DNA of 64,000 nucleotides from Turneriella sp. (lineage in GTDB: Bacteria > Spirochaetota > Leptospiria > Turneriellales > Turneriellaceae): positions 1,696,001 to 1,760,000 of the forward strand of contig CBDIID010000003.1 of the NCBI GenBank assembly GCA_965279515.1, in the 5' to 3' direction. Shown here in pieces: positions 18,248 through 28,303 of this stretch. The position numbers were made by a program, and so were the translations under genes. The notes under the pieces were generated by a model. It ran no database searches and was not told the DNA's origin. It worked only from the letters and a program-made list of their open reading frames with translations. The stretch's first letter is position 1. Each line of letters begins with the position of its first letter.

Positions 18248-18668
18248 TGGGTGAGGTTCTCGACTGAATGCCCTTGAGGAGCTTCACCGCCGCAGCTGCA
18301 ATACCGTTTTCAGGTTCTTTGCCATCTGGGGTCAGTTTGTCGATAATCTGCGGCAGAAGGTTAGAGAGTGCCTGTGGCACTTCAGAAGCCTTCATTTTCG
18401 CCTGCGCTGCGAGTTCTTCGATCTTGTTCACGCCGAGCGCTTCTTTGATTTTGTCCGGGTTGATCGGATGGTTTTCACCGGTACCGACCCACGACGAAAC
18501 CGTGTCTTTAAGCCCTTTTTCCCTGAGAGTGTTAACGATGCTTTCGATCTGCGCCTTTTTCTCGTCGAGAGCCAATGACGCAACCAATCCCTCAAGTTTC
18601 TCTTTGCCTACATTGATCTGTGAGCTAGCCTGATCAATATATTTTTTTATGTCTTCTTGAATACTCAT
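18240..18668 (-). CDS. YidB/DUF937 family protein
   Basis: GL.D.VSSWVGTGEN.PI, LPQIIDKLTPDG. Confidence 0.88.
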   Translation of the reverse strand: MSIQEDIKKYIDQASSQINVGKEKLEGLVASLALDEKKAQIESIVNTLREKGLKDTVSSWVGTGENHPINPDKIKEALGVNKIEELAAQAKMKASEVPQALSNLLPQIIDKLTPDGKEPENGIAAAAVKLLKGIQSRTSPSA

Positions 18669-18711
18669 AGTCGGCCACCCTATAGCCGGGGGCGGCGAAG
18701 TATAGCAAAAA

Positions 18712-19845
18712 TTAGCCCGACCGCGACAAAGGAACATGACGCAGCCATTTCGCGGCATCGAGCTGCCTCACCCCGCCATCGAGCCGGCGTTCGCGGTCGA
18801 GCCGGTGTACTAACTGGATGCCATCGGCTTTGACGAAACGCGCAAAGTGCGTCATGGCGGAGACGTCACTTTGCCCGCTCGATTTGGCTTCAATCATCCA
18901 GACCGGCTTGCGGTCGATCGTGACCAGAAAATCCACTTCGCGCCCCTCTTTATTGCGGAGATAGAATAGATCGGCGTTCACCCCATCCTGATCCTGCAGG
19001 CGATGGATCTCCTTGTGAAGTGCCGACGCAACAAGATTTTCAAGGCGCGCGCCGGGGTCATCCACCCCAGCATAGTCGAAAAAATAATATTTGGGGGACT
19101 TCAATATCGAACGCGCGATCTTCTCGTGGTAAGGCTTTACAGCAAACACCACAAACAAATTCTCGAGTATCGTCAGCCAGCGCTTCACCGTAGTGGCGTC
19201 GCGCTGCAGATCACGCGAGAGCGAAGCGTATGAGACCGGGTTCGCCACAGAGCGGCGCAAAAGCTCGACCAGGGTCTCAATCGCGAAAATCTCACGTACC
19301 TGCTCGAGATCGAGCAGGTCTTGCCTGAGAATAATATCGAGATGCCCCTTGCGCCAGCGGTTGTAGGCAGCCTTTGAACCTTTAAGCCACGGCTCAGGAA
19401 AACCGCCGAGCTCAAGCAACGCATTGAGGGTTGCCCTATCACCAGCCTTAAGCTCTTTCAGGTCAAAGGGATGGATACGGTGCTGGAAAAAACGCCCGGC
19501 CAAAGAATCGCCGGTCTTGCGCGCGACATCGAGGCGCGCACTGCCCGTGACAATCAGGCGGGGGCGGACACCTTCGACGTCATAGATGCCCTTGAGAAAA
19601 TTCTTGAACTTACGCATCTTATGCAGCTCGTCGAAAATAACTGCATCGGTTTCGCGCGACCACCGCTGCTTCTCGATATCAACCCGGTCGGAAACGTTAT
19701 CGTAATTCAGATCGGTGTGGCTGGCAAACAGCATACGGGCGAGTGTCGTCTTACCTGTTTGCCGCGGCCCCGAAAGCAAAACCAATTTTTCACCAGCGTC
19801 TTGCCGCGCAGCTTCGAGATACCCTCTTTCAGCGCCAGCCTGCAT
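18712..19845 (-). CDS. AAA_14 ATPase with DUF4143 domain
   Basis: GPRQTGKTT, FDELH, TGSA, GGFP, PKYYFFD, LEN.V, EVDF...IEAK nuclease-like tail. Confidence 0.9.
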   Translation of the reverse strand: MQAGAERGYLEAARQDAGEKLVLLSGPRQTGKTTLARMLFASHTDLNYDNVSDRVDIEKQRWSRETDAVIFDELHKMRKFKNFLKGIYDVEGVRPRLIVTGSARLDVARKTGDSLAGRFFQHRIHPFDLKELKAGDRATLNALLELGGFPEPWLKGSKAAYNRWRKGHLDIILRQDLLDLEQVREIFAIETLVELLRRSVANPVSYASLSRDLQRDATTVKRWLTILENLFVVFAVKPYHEKIARSILKSPKYYFFDYAGVDDPGARLENLVASALHKEIHRLQDQDGVNADLFYLRNKEGREVDFLVTIDRKPVWMIEAKSSGQSDVSAMTHFARFVKADGIQLVHRLDRERRLDGGVRQLDAAKWLRHVPLSRSG

Positions 19846-19922
19846 GCGACTAAAACAGTCTGAAAACCGGAATAATCAAATCTTTTCTGGCTTACATGCC
19901 AGTTTAGTCAGGGGCACTTTAT

Positions 19923-20225
19923 CTATTTTGTAATCGCGCCGCCGAAGCGGTGGATGATGCGTTCGAGTTCGCGCTCGACCTCGTTGCGGAAAAAAGCATG
20001 GGTCAGCGCCACCTTCTCGGCGGTCTTCGACGCGGTAAAAGTATCCCCTTCTGCGGAGATCTTGTAGGTGAATTCGGTGACGCCCATCTTTTCAAAGCTG
20101 ATTTTGGCTTCCGGCAGGTTCAGGCCCATTTTTGCAAATTTGCCCAGTTCACCCTTGTGGAGAGCGCGCTCGATCTTGCGCATGAATTTTTCGGGTGTTT
20201 CGCCTGTGACTGTAAAACCTTTCAT
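19923..20225 (-). CDS. hypothetical protein
   Basis: GGGAGG RBS before ATG 20225; normal codon usage. Confidence 0.7.
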   Translation of the reverse strand: MKGFTVTGETPEKFMRKIERALHKGELGKFAKMGLNLPEAKISFEKMGVTEFTYKISAEGDTFTASKTAEKVALTHAFFRNEVERELERIIHRFGGAITK

Positions 20226-20252
20226 GTTCCTCCCGGATGCACGATGCATTGG

Positions 20253-20289
20253 GGAAGCGGCGCGCAAGGATGCGCTCGGGGCCGCTTCC
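20253..20289. repeat. nested palindrome GGAAGCGGC-[GCGC-AAGGAT-GCGC]-...-GCCGCTTCC
   Basis: Perfect 9-bp outer stem with inner A(N)GGAY-loop hairpin. Confidence 0.6.
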
Positions 20290-20315
20290 AGAGCCGGCTA
20301 CAGTATTCCCATGAG

Positions 20316-21374
20316 TTACCGGATGTCAACCTCATAAGATTCCCCGGGCACCCAGTGCCGGTACGGAATCTGTTTTGCTTCGGCCTCACGCTTGAGGTAT
20401 AGAACCGGTTCCATGAGATTTTCGTCGCCCTGCCGGAATGTCGCCCAATGCACCGGCAGGATCATTTTCGCCTTCAGGTCGAGCGACGCCGTGACAGTTT
20501 CAGCCGGATCAACATGCGACGCTTTCATGAACCAGCGCGGCGCATAGGCACCGATCGGCATCAGCACCGCATCAAAACCTTTCGGAAATTTTTCTGAAAT
20601 TTTCCGGAAGTGCGAAGAATACGCGGTATCTCCGGCAAAGTAGATTGCCGCTTTACCCACCGTAAAGGCATAACTGCCCCAGTGGAACTGCATGCGGTCA
20701 CCCGGCGCGCGGAACGACCAGTGCTGTGAAGGCAAAAAATGCACATCGACGTCACCCACGGTCTGTTTTGTCCACCAGCGCATGTCTTCTGCACGCTCCA
20801 GGCCATTGCGTGTGCCCCAGGCCTTTTGCCCTTCGGGGAAAATAATTTTCATTTCCGGATTTTTTTTGCTCAGGAATTTTAAAGTCTCGAGGTCGCAGTG
20901 ATCGTAATGCGAATGGCTGATGACGACGGCGTCGATTTTCGGAAAATCTTCCTGCGCCAGCGGTATTTCCGTACGCCGCGAAACCAAAAAAATACCGGTA
21001 AAGATCGGGTCGGTGAGAATGTTGGTAATTCTGCCGGCTCGGTTGACGCTGATGAGTGCCGTCGCATGGCCGATCCACGTAATGCGGATTTTCCCCGTGG
21101 CCGCGATGAGGTCCGTGGCGGTGACTTTTTTCGTCTGCGGCGCTTCATCGGGCGCGCCGGGTATCACATCCGCATCGCGCCTGCTGAACAACTTCCATTT
21201 CAGAAAGGTCCAGAAGCCGTTTTCCATGATGTCGTCGTCGTTGTCGATATTTTGGAAGCGGTCGTCAGAAAAGTACGGCGATTTTTTCCTGTCGTCGTCG
21301 AGCGTCGCGCAGCGGGATATCCCCCCCGCGAAAACGATACCCCAAACGATTGCCGCCCATCGCACTGTGCGCAT
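20316..21374 (-). CDS. MBL-fold hydrolase, NAPE-PLD/RomA-like, probable lipoprotein
   Basis: WIGHA, LTDP, SHSHYDH, QHWS, FAGDT, PIGAY.PRWF, HWATF. Confidence 0.9.
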   Translation of the reverse strand: MRTVRWAAIVWGIVFAGGISRCATLDDDRKKSPYFSDDRFQNIDNDDDIMENGFWTFLKWKLFSRRDADVIPGAPDEAPQTKKVTATDLIAATGKIRITWIGHATALISVNRAGRITNILTDPIFTGIFLVSRRTEIPLAQEDFPKIDAVVISHSHYDHCDLETLKFLSKKNPEMKIIFPEGQKAWGTRNGLERAEDMRWWTKQTVGDVDVHFLPSQHWSFRAPGDRMQFHWGSYAFTVGKAAIYFAGDTAYSSHFRKISEKFPKGFDAVLMPIGAYAPRWFMKASHVDPAETVTASLDLKAKMILPVHWATFRQGDENLMEPVLYLKREAEAKQIPYRHWVPGESYEVDIR

Positions 21375-21472
21375 GGCGGCAAAAAATGTTTTCGATCAGG
21401 GCGGTAATACAGTATTAAACGCCCTAAATTGTTTACGCCCCCGGGGCATCGCACCGAATCATACCGGCGCGT

Positions 21473-23017
21473 ATGTTCCGGAACATTTCTCTCATCGGTC
21501 GGCTGAGCCTCATTTTCTTCGCCTTCACGCTCATCAATATTCTGCTGTTCTGGCTCGCGACGGGCTCAAACCAGATGCGGCTGATCGCCGAAAAAGCGTC
21601 GCTCGAAATGCACCGCACGATTGTCTCGGTAGAACAACACCTCGGCGCGCTGGTGCATGAAAAGGCAGACCGGCAAAAGGCGGATTTCTACCGCGGGGAA
21701 AACGCGGCGGCCGCGGTTCTGGCTGTGTTCCAGAATACACAAAAAGTTACCCCGCCCGAGCTACTGGAATTCAACATCGTTTCCAATGCAAACACCGTGT
21801 TCCTGAGCTGGCCGCAATCCGCGGCAAAAAAAGAACTCGCACCGGCAGAACTGCAAAATGTCATCAAAACGCTGCGCCTGAAGGAGTTCAGCAACGAACC
21901 CTTTTACAGCGCACCCGACGTGCTGGCATACCGGCTCACCGTCTACATACCTTTTTTGAGCGACCGCGGGCAAGAGCTGCTGCTGCGTGCGGTATTCAGC
22001 ATGGAGGGGATGCGCACCGAACTCTCCCGCCTCATGCGGCTGGGTGCGGCGATAGTTGTTCTGCTGCTTCTGCTACAGGCTGCGCTTGGCTTTTTCCTCT
22101 ACCGCATGATTGTGCGCCCGTTGAAAGAACTGCGGCAGGCTTCGCATGCCACCGGCCGCGGCGATTTTGCGCAGGTTGAAGGTTATGCAGAAAGGCGCGA
22201 CGAAATCGGCACGCTGATTCAAACCTTCAATAAGATGTCGAAAGATATCCGCGATCAGAAAGAGACGATCCGGAAAAACTTCGAGGAGATCAAGACGCGC
22301 GACGACATCATGCAGCACGAGCTGATGATTGCCCAGCATATCCAGAAAAGTATTTTCCCCAAAGGGGAATATCCGCATCCCTTTGCCCTCGAATACAAAC
22401 CCCTCTATGCCGTTTCGGGTGATTTCTACGATGTCTATAAGCTCGCCGATGGCAGCATTGGTTACCTGATCTGCGATGCTTCGGGGCACGGAGTGCCCGC
22501 AGCGCTGCTGACGATGATGGCCAAATCGGCGTTTTCGGGTTTTACCCAGCGCCTCACGGATCCCGGCGAAATTATGAATGCCGTTAATAAACATCTCGCG
22601 GCCTCTCTCGAAATGACGGGCCAGTATCTCACGGCGCTTTTCATCCGCATTACCGATGAAGAGATTCAGTATGCCAATGCCACGCACCCTGAACCGATTG
22701 TGCACTCGCACGATGCCGTGCGGCTGAAGTCGAATGGCTTCTATGTCGGCATGATGGCCGAAACGCCTTTTGAATTTGAGACAGCGAAGTTCAAACGTAA
22801 ACCCGGCACAAAACTCGTGCTCTACACCGATGGCATCAGCGAAGGCAAGAACGATGCAGGCGAGCTTTTCGGCGTCGACCGCATCACACATATCGTCGCG
22901 GAACACGGCTCTAAGAGCGTTGAACAAATTAAAGAAGAGATATTGCTGGCGCTGAGCGCTTTTACCGGCGGTGCACTCGCCGAAGACGACGTCACACTGC
23001 TTGTGCTCGAGGTCTGA
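21473..23017 (+). CDS. membrane sensor HAMP-PP2C (SpoIIE/RsbU) phosphatase
   Basis: Two TM, HAMP (RPL...DEIG), SGDFYD, DASGHGVPAA, YTDG, DDVT. Confidence 0.93.
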   Translation: MFRNISLIGRLSLIFFAFTLINILLFWLATGSNQMRLIAEKASLEMHRTIVSVEQHLGALVHEKADRQKADFYRGENAAAAVLAVFQNTQKVTPPELLEFNIVSNANTVFLSWPQSAAKKELAPAELQNVIKTLRLKEFSNEPFYSAPDVLAYRLTVYIPFLSDRGQELLLRAVFSMEGMRTELSRLMRLGAAIVVLLLLLQAALGFFLYRMIVRPLKELRQASHATGRGDFAQVEGYAERRDEIGTLIQTFNKMSKDIRDQKETIRKNFEEIKTRDDIMQHELMIAQHIQKSIFPKGEYPHPFALEYKPLYAVSGDFYDVYKLADGSIGYLICDASGHGVPAALLTMMAKSAFSGFTQRLTDPGEIMNAVNKHLAASLEMTGQYLTALFIRITDEEIQYANATHPEPIVHSHDAVRLKSNGFYVGMMAETPFEFETAKFKRKPGTKLVLYTDGISEGKNDAGELFGVDRITHIVAEHGSKSVEQIKEEILLALSAFTGGALAEDDVTLLVLEV

Positions 23018-24474
23018 TGGAGTGGGTAAAACGTGCGCGTGCCACCGGCTTTCTGGGAGCCGCAGCCATGGGCGCCGGGGCCGTCGTGCTGGCAGGGACG
23101 CTCCTCACGACCGTCACGCGCCTGCGCATGTTCGAACTGCGCGATTCACTACAATCTTTCAATGAGAAAAACGACGACCTGAGAAACGTCACATTGCTTT
23201 CGCGCATCTCGCTCATCAACCAGAGTGCGATGTCGGGCGGGCGCGAAAATGCCGCCTCGTACAAACAGGAAGCCGAGAGCGCACTCATTGCCATACGCCA
23301 GAGCCACACGAAGGACATGGAAGGTTCGCTCGTCGACCGCGCAGCCCTGCCCGTCCTGAATGCATTTAACTTTGTGACGGGTCTGCCAAGCCTGAAGCTC
23401 GGCAATACCCCCGAGCGTGAGATCGTACTCGATCTTGCCTTCCAGTTCGAAACCTACCGCGAATATGTCAAAGCGGTCAAAGGTTATGACATCTATATCG
23501 GTGAATTCCGTTTAAAGCCCGAAGAGCGCGAGTTTGCCTTGCTGCACCGCGGTTTCTGCCGCGCAATGCTGAGTGAATTCACACAGGCACTCGCCGATTT
23601 TAATACAGTCGCGAAGACCCCCGGTTCGCGCAGCGCATGGATCGCGCAAAAACTCACGGACTTTCTCACGGCACTCGAAGCGAAAATCCGCTTTATCGAG
23701 GCCGTAGCTGACCCGGCAAGGCGCGGTGAGCTCTATTATAATGCCGCGGCTTATCTCAAGGCCCTGGAAAATTTCGCCAAGGTAGACAAAGGCCAGCAGT
23801 CAGAGAAAATCCGCTTTCTGACGGCGCGCGCACTCGAAGAATCGGGCCGCAGCGTCGAGGCGCTCGGTATCTACCGCACACTCATCACCGCGGGCGGCTC
23901 TGAATATGCCGTAAACGCAAACCGGCGGATGTATCTCATGGGCACATTCCTGGGCAACGATAAGGAACTGGCGAGCGAATCGAAAAAGAATTCTGAAACC
24001 GTGGTCAAGGATAAGGAATTCATGGCGACGGTAACGCACCTCGAAAAATCGGCGGTTCAGCTGCACGAAGAAGCGGCAGCGGCAAAGGCCACGAAAAAAG
24101 CCGAACTGACTGCACTGGAGAAAATCGTCGCCGTCGAAGAGGTGCCCAAACCGTCTCAACCTGTTGCCGCACCTATACATCCCCCTGTAATCGAACCGCC
24201 AAAGCCGAAACCTAAAGACGAGGTCAATCTCAGGAATGAGAAAATCGCGACAAAATCTGAAAATCTTGCAGAAAATAAGAAGGAACAGCTGATCAAAAAA
24301 CAGCAGGAGAAAGTCGATAAGCTGACGATGGCCGATGGCAATATTTTTTACGGCGTAGTCTATAAAGAAACCGCAGATACGGTTTTTTTGTATTCTGTGT
24401 TGGGAAACCTCGAGTTAGAGAAGTCTAACATCCAGAAACGCGAAAAGGTCGCCGGAAAGAACGCCCTGAAATGA
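23017..24474 (+). CDS. membrane-anchored TPR protein with Pro-rich linker and small C-terminal beta domain
   Basis: Hydrophobic N-terminus, TPR-like helices (LHRGFC..ALADF), PKPSQPVAAPIHPPVIEPPKPKP. Confidence 0.75.
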   Translation: MEWVKRARATGFLGAAAMGAGAVVLAGTLLTTVTRLRMFELRDSLQSFNEKNDDLRNVTLLSRISLINQSAMSGGRENAASYKQEAESALIAIRQSHTKDMEGSLVDRAALPVLNAFNFVTGLPSLKLGNTPEREIVLDLAFQFETYREYVKAVKGYDIYIGEFRLKPEEREFALLHRGFCRAMLSEFTQALADFNTVAKTPGSRSAWIAQKLTDFLTALEAKIRFIEAVADPARRGELYYNAAAYLKALENFAKVDKGQQSEKIRFLTARALEESGRSVEALGIYRTLITAGGSEYAVNANRRMYLMGTFLGNDKELASESKKNSETVVKDKEFMATVTHLEKSAVQLHEEAAAAKATKKAELTALEKIVAVEEVPKPSQPVAAPIHPPVIEPPKPKPKDEVNLRNEKIATKSENLAENKKEQLIKKQQEKVDKLTMADGNIFYGVVYKETADTVFLYSVLGNLELEKSNIQKREKVAGKNALK

Positions 24475-25223
24475 AGAAAATCCTGCTGGTATGCGCAATA
24501 AGTGTGGCAGCACTGCATGGTCTGGAACCAGGCAAGCATTATGATTTTCTGCAGAAAAACGGCCAAAACGTGCTCGGCGCTGAACTCATCGCCGAGACAG
24601 ATACCGAATATGTGGTGCGGTTGAAATATGTACCCAAGCCGATTAAGCTGACGAAACAAAACCTCAGCGAAAACCCGCTGCTTTCGAAAATTCAGCCGCC
24701 GCCGGCAAGCCCGAAACTACAGCTACGCGGCAACTTTGTGCTCAATACCTCGGTCGGCTTCTCGTATCTAACCATGGGGCAGCTCTCGTCCATATTCCGC
24801 AGCGGCTACGAGGCGCGTATCGGCGCCGACTGGCAATTGTTTGACAAACCCTTTTACCGTCTGCGCGCCATTTCGTTGCTCACCACCTTTGCCCGCTACC
24901 AGAGCGCGCCGCGCCGCATTCAGCTGATGTCGGCTTACGTGGGCCCCAAAATACTGGTGTGGCGTTTTGAAACGATCGACGCGGCACTGTTCGCATCACC
25001 GCTCATCGGTCTAAGTTATGCAGATCTGACGGGATACACCTTTACATCGAGCTATGCGACGCTCGCTGCGGTTGGCCTATTGAGTTTTGAGAAACGCTGG
25101 AAACATTTCGCCTTCGCAGCGCAGTTCTATGTAAATTCTCTGTTCGATAGCTCTCTGAATTTTGAATCGACCGGTATCAGCCTCGCGGCCCAGTATCCCT
25201 TGGGAAGTGCGGCACCATTCTAA
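24471..25223 (+). CDS. probable outer-membrane beta-barrel protein
   Basis: Signal peptide, alternating amphipathic strands, C-terminal F; ATGA overlap. Confidence 0.7.
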   Translation: MKKILLVCAISVAALHGLEPGKHYDFLQKNGQNVLGAELIAETDTEYVVRLKYVPKPIKLTKQNLSENPLLSKIQPPPASPKLQLRGNFVLNTSVGFSYLTMGQLSSIFRSGYEARIGADWQLFDKPFYRLRAISLLTTFARYQSAPRRIQLMSAYVGPKILVWRFETIDAALFASPLIGLSYADLTGYTFTSSYATLAAVGLLSFEKRWKHFAFAAQFYVNSLFDSSLNFESTGISLAAQYPLGSAAPF

Positions 25224-25585
25224 TGCTGTTCCGCCAAAACGAAAAATACGAAGACCTGAGAAACCTTGTGGCGCTTTCTGTTATTATTCTGCTGATCGGC
25301 GGCATCGTCTTTGCATTTCTCTACCGCAATATCCGCATGGCCATCGTCTCTTATGAAATTGAGCGGCTGAAAAAAGACCGCCGCGCGATCTATATTGAGA
25401 CCGAAGAGTTGCGCCTGCAGGTCGCCCAGCACTCCTCCGCCGATCGCATGGAAAAACTATTCCGTGAAAAATACGGATTTTTACCGGTGGAAGTCAGCCA
25501 GAAAATCAGCACGTATATCTTGCCGCAGATTGACCGCAAGAACGGCCCAGAAGCGGTAGATAAACCCGAACCGAACAACCGATGA
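25223..25585 (+). CDS. FtsL/DivIC-like bitopic coiled-coil protein
   Basis: Short cytoplasmic N-terminus, one TM, heptad coil ending SSADRMEKLFREKYGF. Confidence 0.6.
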   Translation: MLFRQNEKYEDLRNLVALSVIILLIGGIVFAFLYRNIRMAIVSYEIERLKKDRRAIYIETEELRLQVAQHSSADRMEKLFREKYGFLPVEVSQKISTYILPQIDRKNGPEAVDKPEPNNR

Positions 25586-27567
25586 AATTCAAACTCCACG
25601 CTCCCTACCAGCCGGCAGGCGACCAGCCCACCGCCATCAAAGAACTCACCGAAGCGCTTGAACCCGCCGACGCCAAAGCCACGCTCATCGGTGTGACGGG
25701 CTCAGGCAAGACCATGACGATGGCATCGGTCATCGAAAATTTGCAGCGCCCCACACTCGTCATGACGCACAACAAGTCGCTGGCGGCGCAGCTCTACCGT
25801 GAATTCAGCGAGTTTTTTCCCGAGAATGCCGTGGAATTTTTTATCAGCTATTATGACTACTACCAGCCCGAGGCCTATGTTCCCGTCACCGATACGTATA
25901 TCGAAAAAGAATCCTCGATCAACGATGAAATCGATCGCCTGCGCCTGAGGGCAACCGCCTCGCTCATCGAACGCAGGGATGTTATCATTGTCTCATCAGT
26001 GAGTTGTATCTATGGCCTGGGCTCCCCTGACACCTATAAAGATGCGGTACTGATGATCGATACCGCCGTGCCGGCGGGCCGCGACGAGATCATGTCGCGC
26101 CTCATGCGGATGCAGTATTCGCGCAACGATACCGAACTGCTGCAGGGCCGTTTCCGCGTGCGCGGTGACGTGCTCGATGTTTTCCCGGCCTACGCCAATG
26201 AGCCCTACCGGATTGAATTCTTCGGCAAAGATATCGAAGCGATCAACAAATTCGATATCCTGACCGGGAAAAAGAAGGAATCCCTGAAGCGCATCGCCGT
26301 CTACCCTGCGAAACACTTTATCACATCACCTGCAACTCTCGAGCACGCTGTCGAAGAGATGAAACGCGAGCTCGATGAGCAGCTCGAACACTTCAAACGG
26401 GTCAACAAGCCCCTCGAGGCGGAACGCCTGCGGCAACGCACGACCTACGATATGGAGATGCTGCGCGAAATGGGTTATTGCAGCGGCATCGAAAACTACT
26501 CGCGTATTCTCACCGGACGTCCCCCCGGTGCGCGGCCTGAGTGCCTCATCGACTATTTCCCCAAAGACATGCTCGTCATCATCGACGAAAGCCATGTTTC
26601 CGTGCCGCAGATCGGCGCCATGTTCGCAGGCGACCGCACGCGCAAGCAGACGCTGGTCGACTTCGGTTTCCGTCTGCCCTGCGCGCTCGACAACCGACCG
26701 CTGAAATTTGAAGAGTTTGAAACTCTCGCGTCGAATGTACTCTATGTTTCGGCGACGCCGGCGGCGTATGAACTCGGTAAAAGCGATGTGCATGTGGAGC
26801 AGATTATCCGCCCGACGGGACTCCTCGATCCCGAAATTGAAATCCACGGCAGCGAAGGCCAGATCGATCACCTGATTCTCGAAATCGACAAACGCACCAA
26901 GGTCGGTGAACGCGTGCTTGTGACCACGCTCACCAAAAAAATGGCAGAAGAGCTCACCGACTATCTCGAAAAAGCCCAGGTGAAAGTGCGCTGGTTGCAC
27001 TCCGACATCGATGCGCTCGAGCGTCTCGAAATTTTACGCGATCTGAGAAAAGGCATCTTCGATGTACTGGTGGGGATTAACCTCTTGCGCGAGGGTTTAG
27101 ACCTGCCGGAGGTCTCGCTGGTTGCGATTCTCGATGCCGATAAAGAAGGCTTTCTGCGTTCGCACCGTTCACTGATTCAGACGATGGGCCGTGCGGCACG
27201 GAACGTGAACGGTCGCGTCATTCTGTATGCCGATGTCATGACCGATTCGATGAAATCGGCGATCGACGAGACCACGCGCCGCCGGGCCATTCAGCTCGAA
27301 TATAACACCAAACACGGCATCACTCCGCAGACCATCAAAAAAGAAATCAAGGATTTCGTCGAGCGTGAGAAAAAAATCGAAGAGCAGAACTGGCAACGCA
27401 TTGAAGAGAACCTGCACGAGTTCGCACGCAAAAAATTCAAATCAACCGACGCCTGGAAAAAAGCGATCGAAAAGGCGATGTTCGACGCGGCAAAACAACT
27501 CAACTTCGAGCGCGCGGCTGAGCTGCGCGATATGATAAAAACCGAAGAGGCTGCGGGGCAAAGCTGA
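25582..27567 (+). CDS. uvrB: excinuclease ABC subunit B
   Basis: [43 protein letters not shown]. Confidence 0.99.
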   Translation: MKFKLHAPYQPAGDQPTAIKELTEALEPADAKATLIGVTGSGKTMTMASVIENLQRPTLVMTHNKSLAAQLYREFSEFFPENAVEFFISYYDYYQPEAYVPVTDTYIEKESSINDEIDRLRLRATASLIERRDVIIVSSVSCIYGLGSPDTYKDAVLMIDTAVPAGRDEIMSRLMRMQYSRNDTELLQGRFRVRGDVLDVFPAYANEPYRIEFFGKDIEAINKFDILTGKKKESLKRIAVYPAKHFITSPATLEHAVEEMKRELDEQLEHFKRVNKPLEAERLRQRTTYDMEMLREMGYCSGIENYSRILTGRPPGARPECLIDYFPKDMLVIIDESHVSVPQIGAMFAGDRTRKQTLVDFGFRLPCALDNRPLKFEEFETLASNVLYVSATPAAYELGKSDVHVEQIIRPTGLLDPEIEIHGSEGQIDHLILEIDKRTKVGERVLVTTLTKKMAEELTDYLEKAQVKVRWLHSDIDALERLEILRDLRKGIFDVLVGINLLREGLDLPEVSLVAILDADKEGFLRSHRSLIQTMGRAARNVNGRVILYADVMTDSMKSAIDETTRRRAIQLEYNTKHGITPQTIKKEIKDFVEREKKIEEQNWQRIEENLHEFARKKFKSTDAWKKAIEKAMFDAAKQLNFERAAELRDMIKTEEAAGQS

Positions 27568-27571
27568 CTAT

Positions 27572-27600
27572 AAAAAGGGCATTGAGGCCAAGCCCCTTTT
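27572..27600. terminator. probable bidirectional intrinsic terminator
   Basis: AAAAAGGGC...GCCCCTTTT between convergent genes. Confidence 0.5.
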
Positions 27601-27602
27601 GC

Positions 27603-28253
27603 TCATGGCTGAAGGTAAACGCTGTTTCCTTTTTGTATTTTTTTTGCTGAGATTTCCGGAGCCGTGCCTACAATTTTTGTATGATAAATGGATCCAATGG
27701 TGACAACAACGTCGCCGCTGGAGGTCGCAATCATTAGCTTACGCCCTTGAGTAACGCGAGAGATGCCATGCCCGGTAATATGAACCGTATTGCCTGCAAT
27801 ACTGAAAACCTGCCCGATTAATTCGCCATGCTCGGGCAAGGCATCAGCCACCTCGGCAACGGACGCCGGCTGTGTTTTGGCAGAAACGCAGGTAACTAAA
27901 TTCTGACTGGATATTGGCACGATTTGCCTACGCCCTTCTGAAAACTCAAGGCTTTCCGCCGCGTCTGCAATGGTATTTGCTGACCAATATGAGCCAGGCG
28001 GCTTCCGGTTTTCCAGTTTTTCACCGCTATTAAACAGGGCTCGCAATTCATCCATTGTCGGGAGCCGCATTTTTTTCTGGGCGCAATAGCCGACCGCTCC
28101 CCGCCAGTTCAATTTATTGTGCAACGGTCGGCTCCATACCCGCCCCTCAATCTGTATTGAAGCCCCTCCCTGATCCGATGCAATAATCGCTCCGGAAAAC
28201 CAAAGAATCTTAAAAAACAAAATCCGGAACCAGGAGACTATAGATATTTCCAT
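27603..28253 (-). CDS. DUF1566-like domain protein with C-terminal beta domain
   Basis: W..A..YC....RLPT.DEL...YWS...CV; AT-richer codons. Confidence 0.7.
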   Translation of the reverse strand: MEISIVSWFRILFFKILWFSGAIIASDQGGASIQIEGRVWSRPLHNKLNWRGAVGYCAQKKMRLPTMDELRALFNSGEKLENRKPPGSYWSANTIADAAESLEFSEGRRQIVPISSQNLVTCVSAKTQPASVAEVADALPEHGELIGQVFSIAGNTVHITGHGISRVTQGRKLMIATSSGDVVVTIGSIYHTKIVGTAPEISAKKIQKGNSVYLQP

Positions 28254-28303
28254 CAGTGAAAAATCCCTTGATTTGTACTTACAGCTTTTATTTTCTAAAT
28301 CCT

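Noticed and set aside
18712..19845. AAA_14/DUF4143 gene as part of a defence system or mobile element
   Set aside because: Common stand-alone family with no partner genes or flanking repeats
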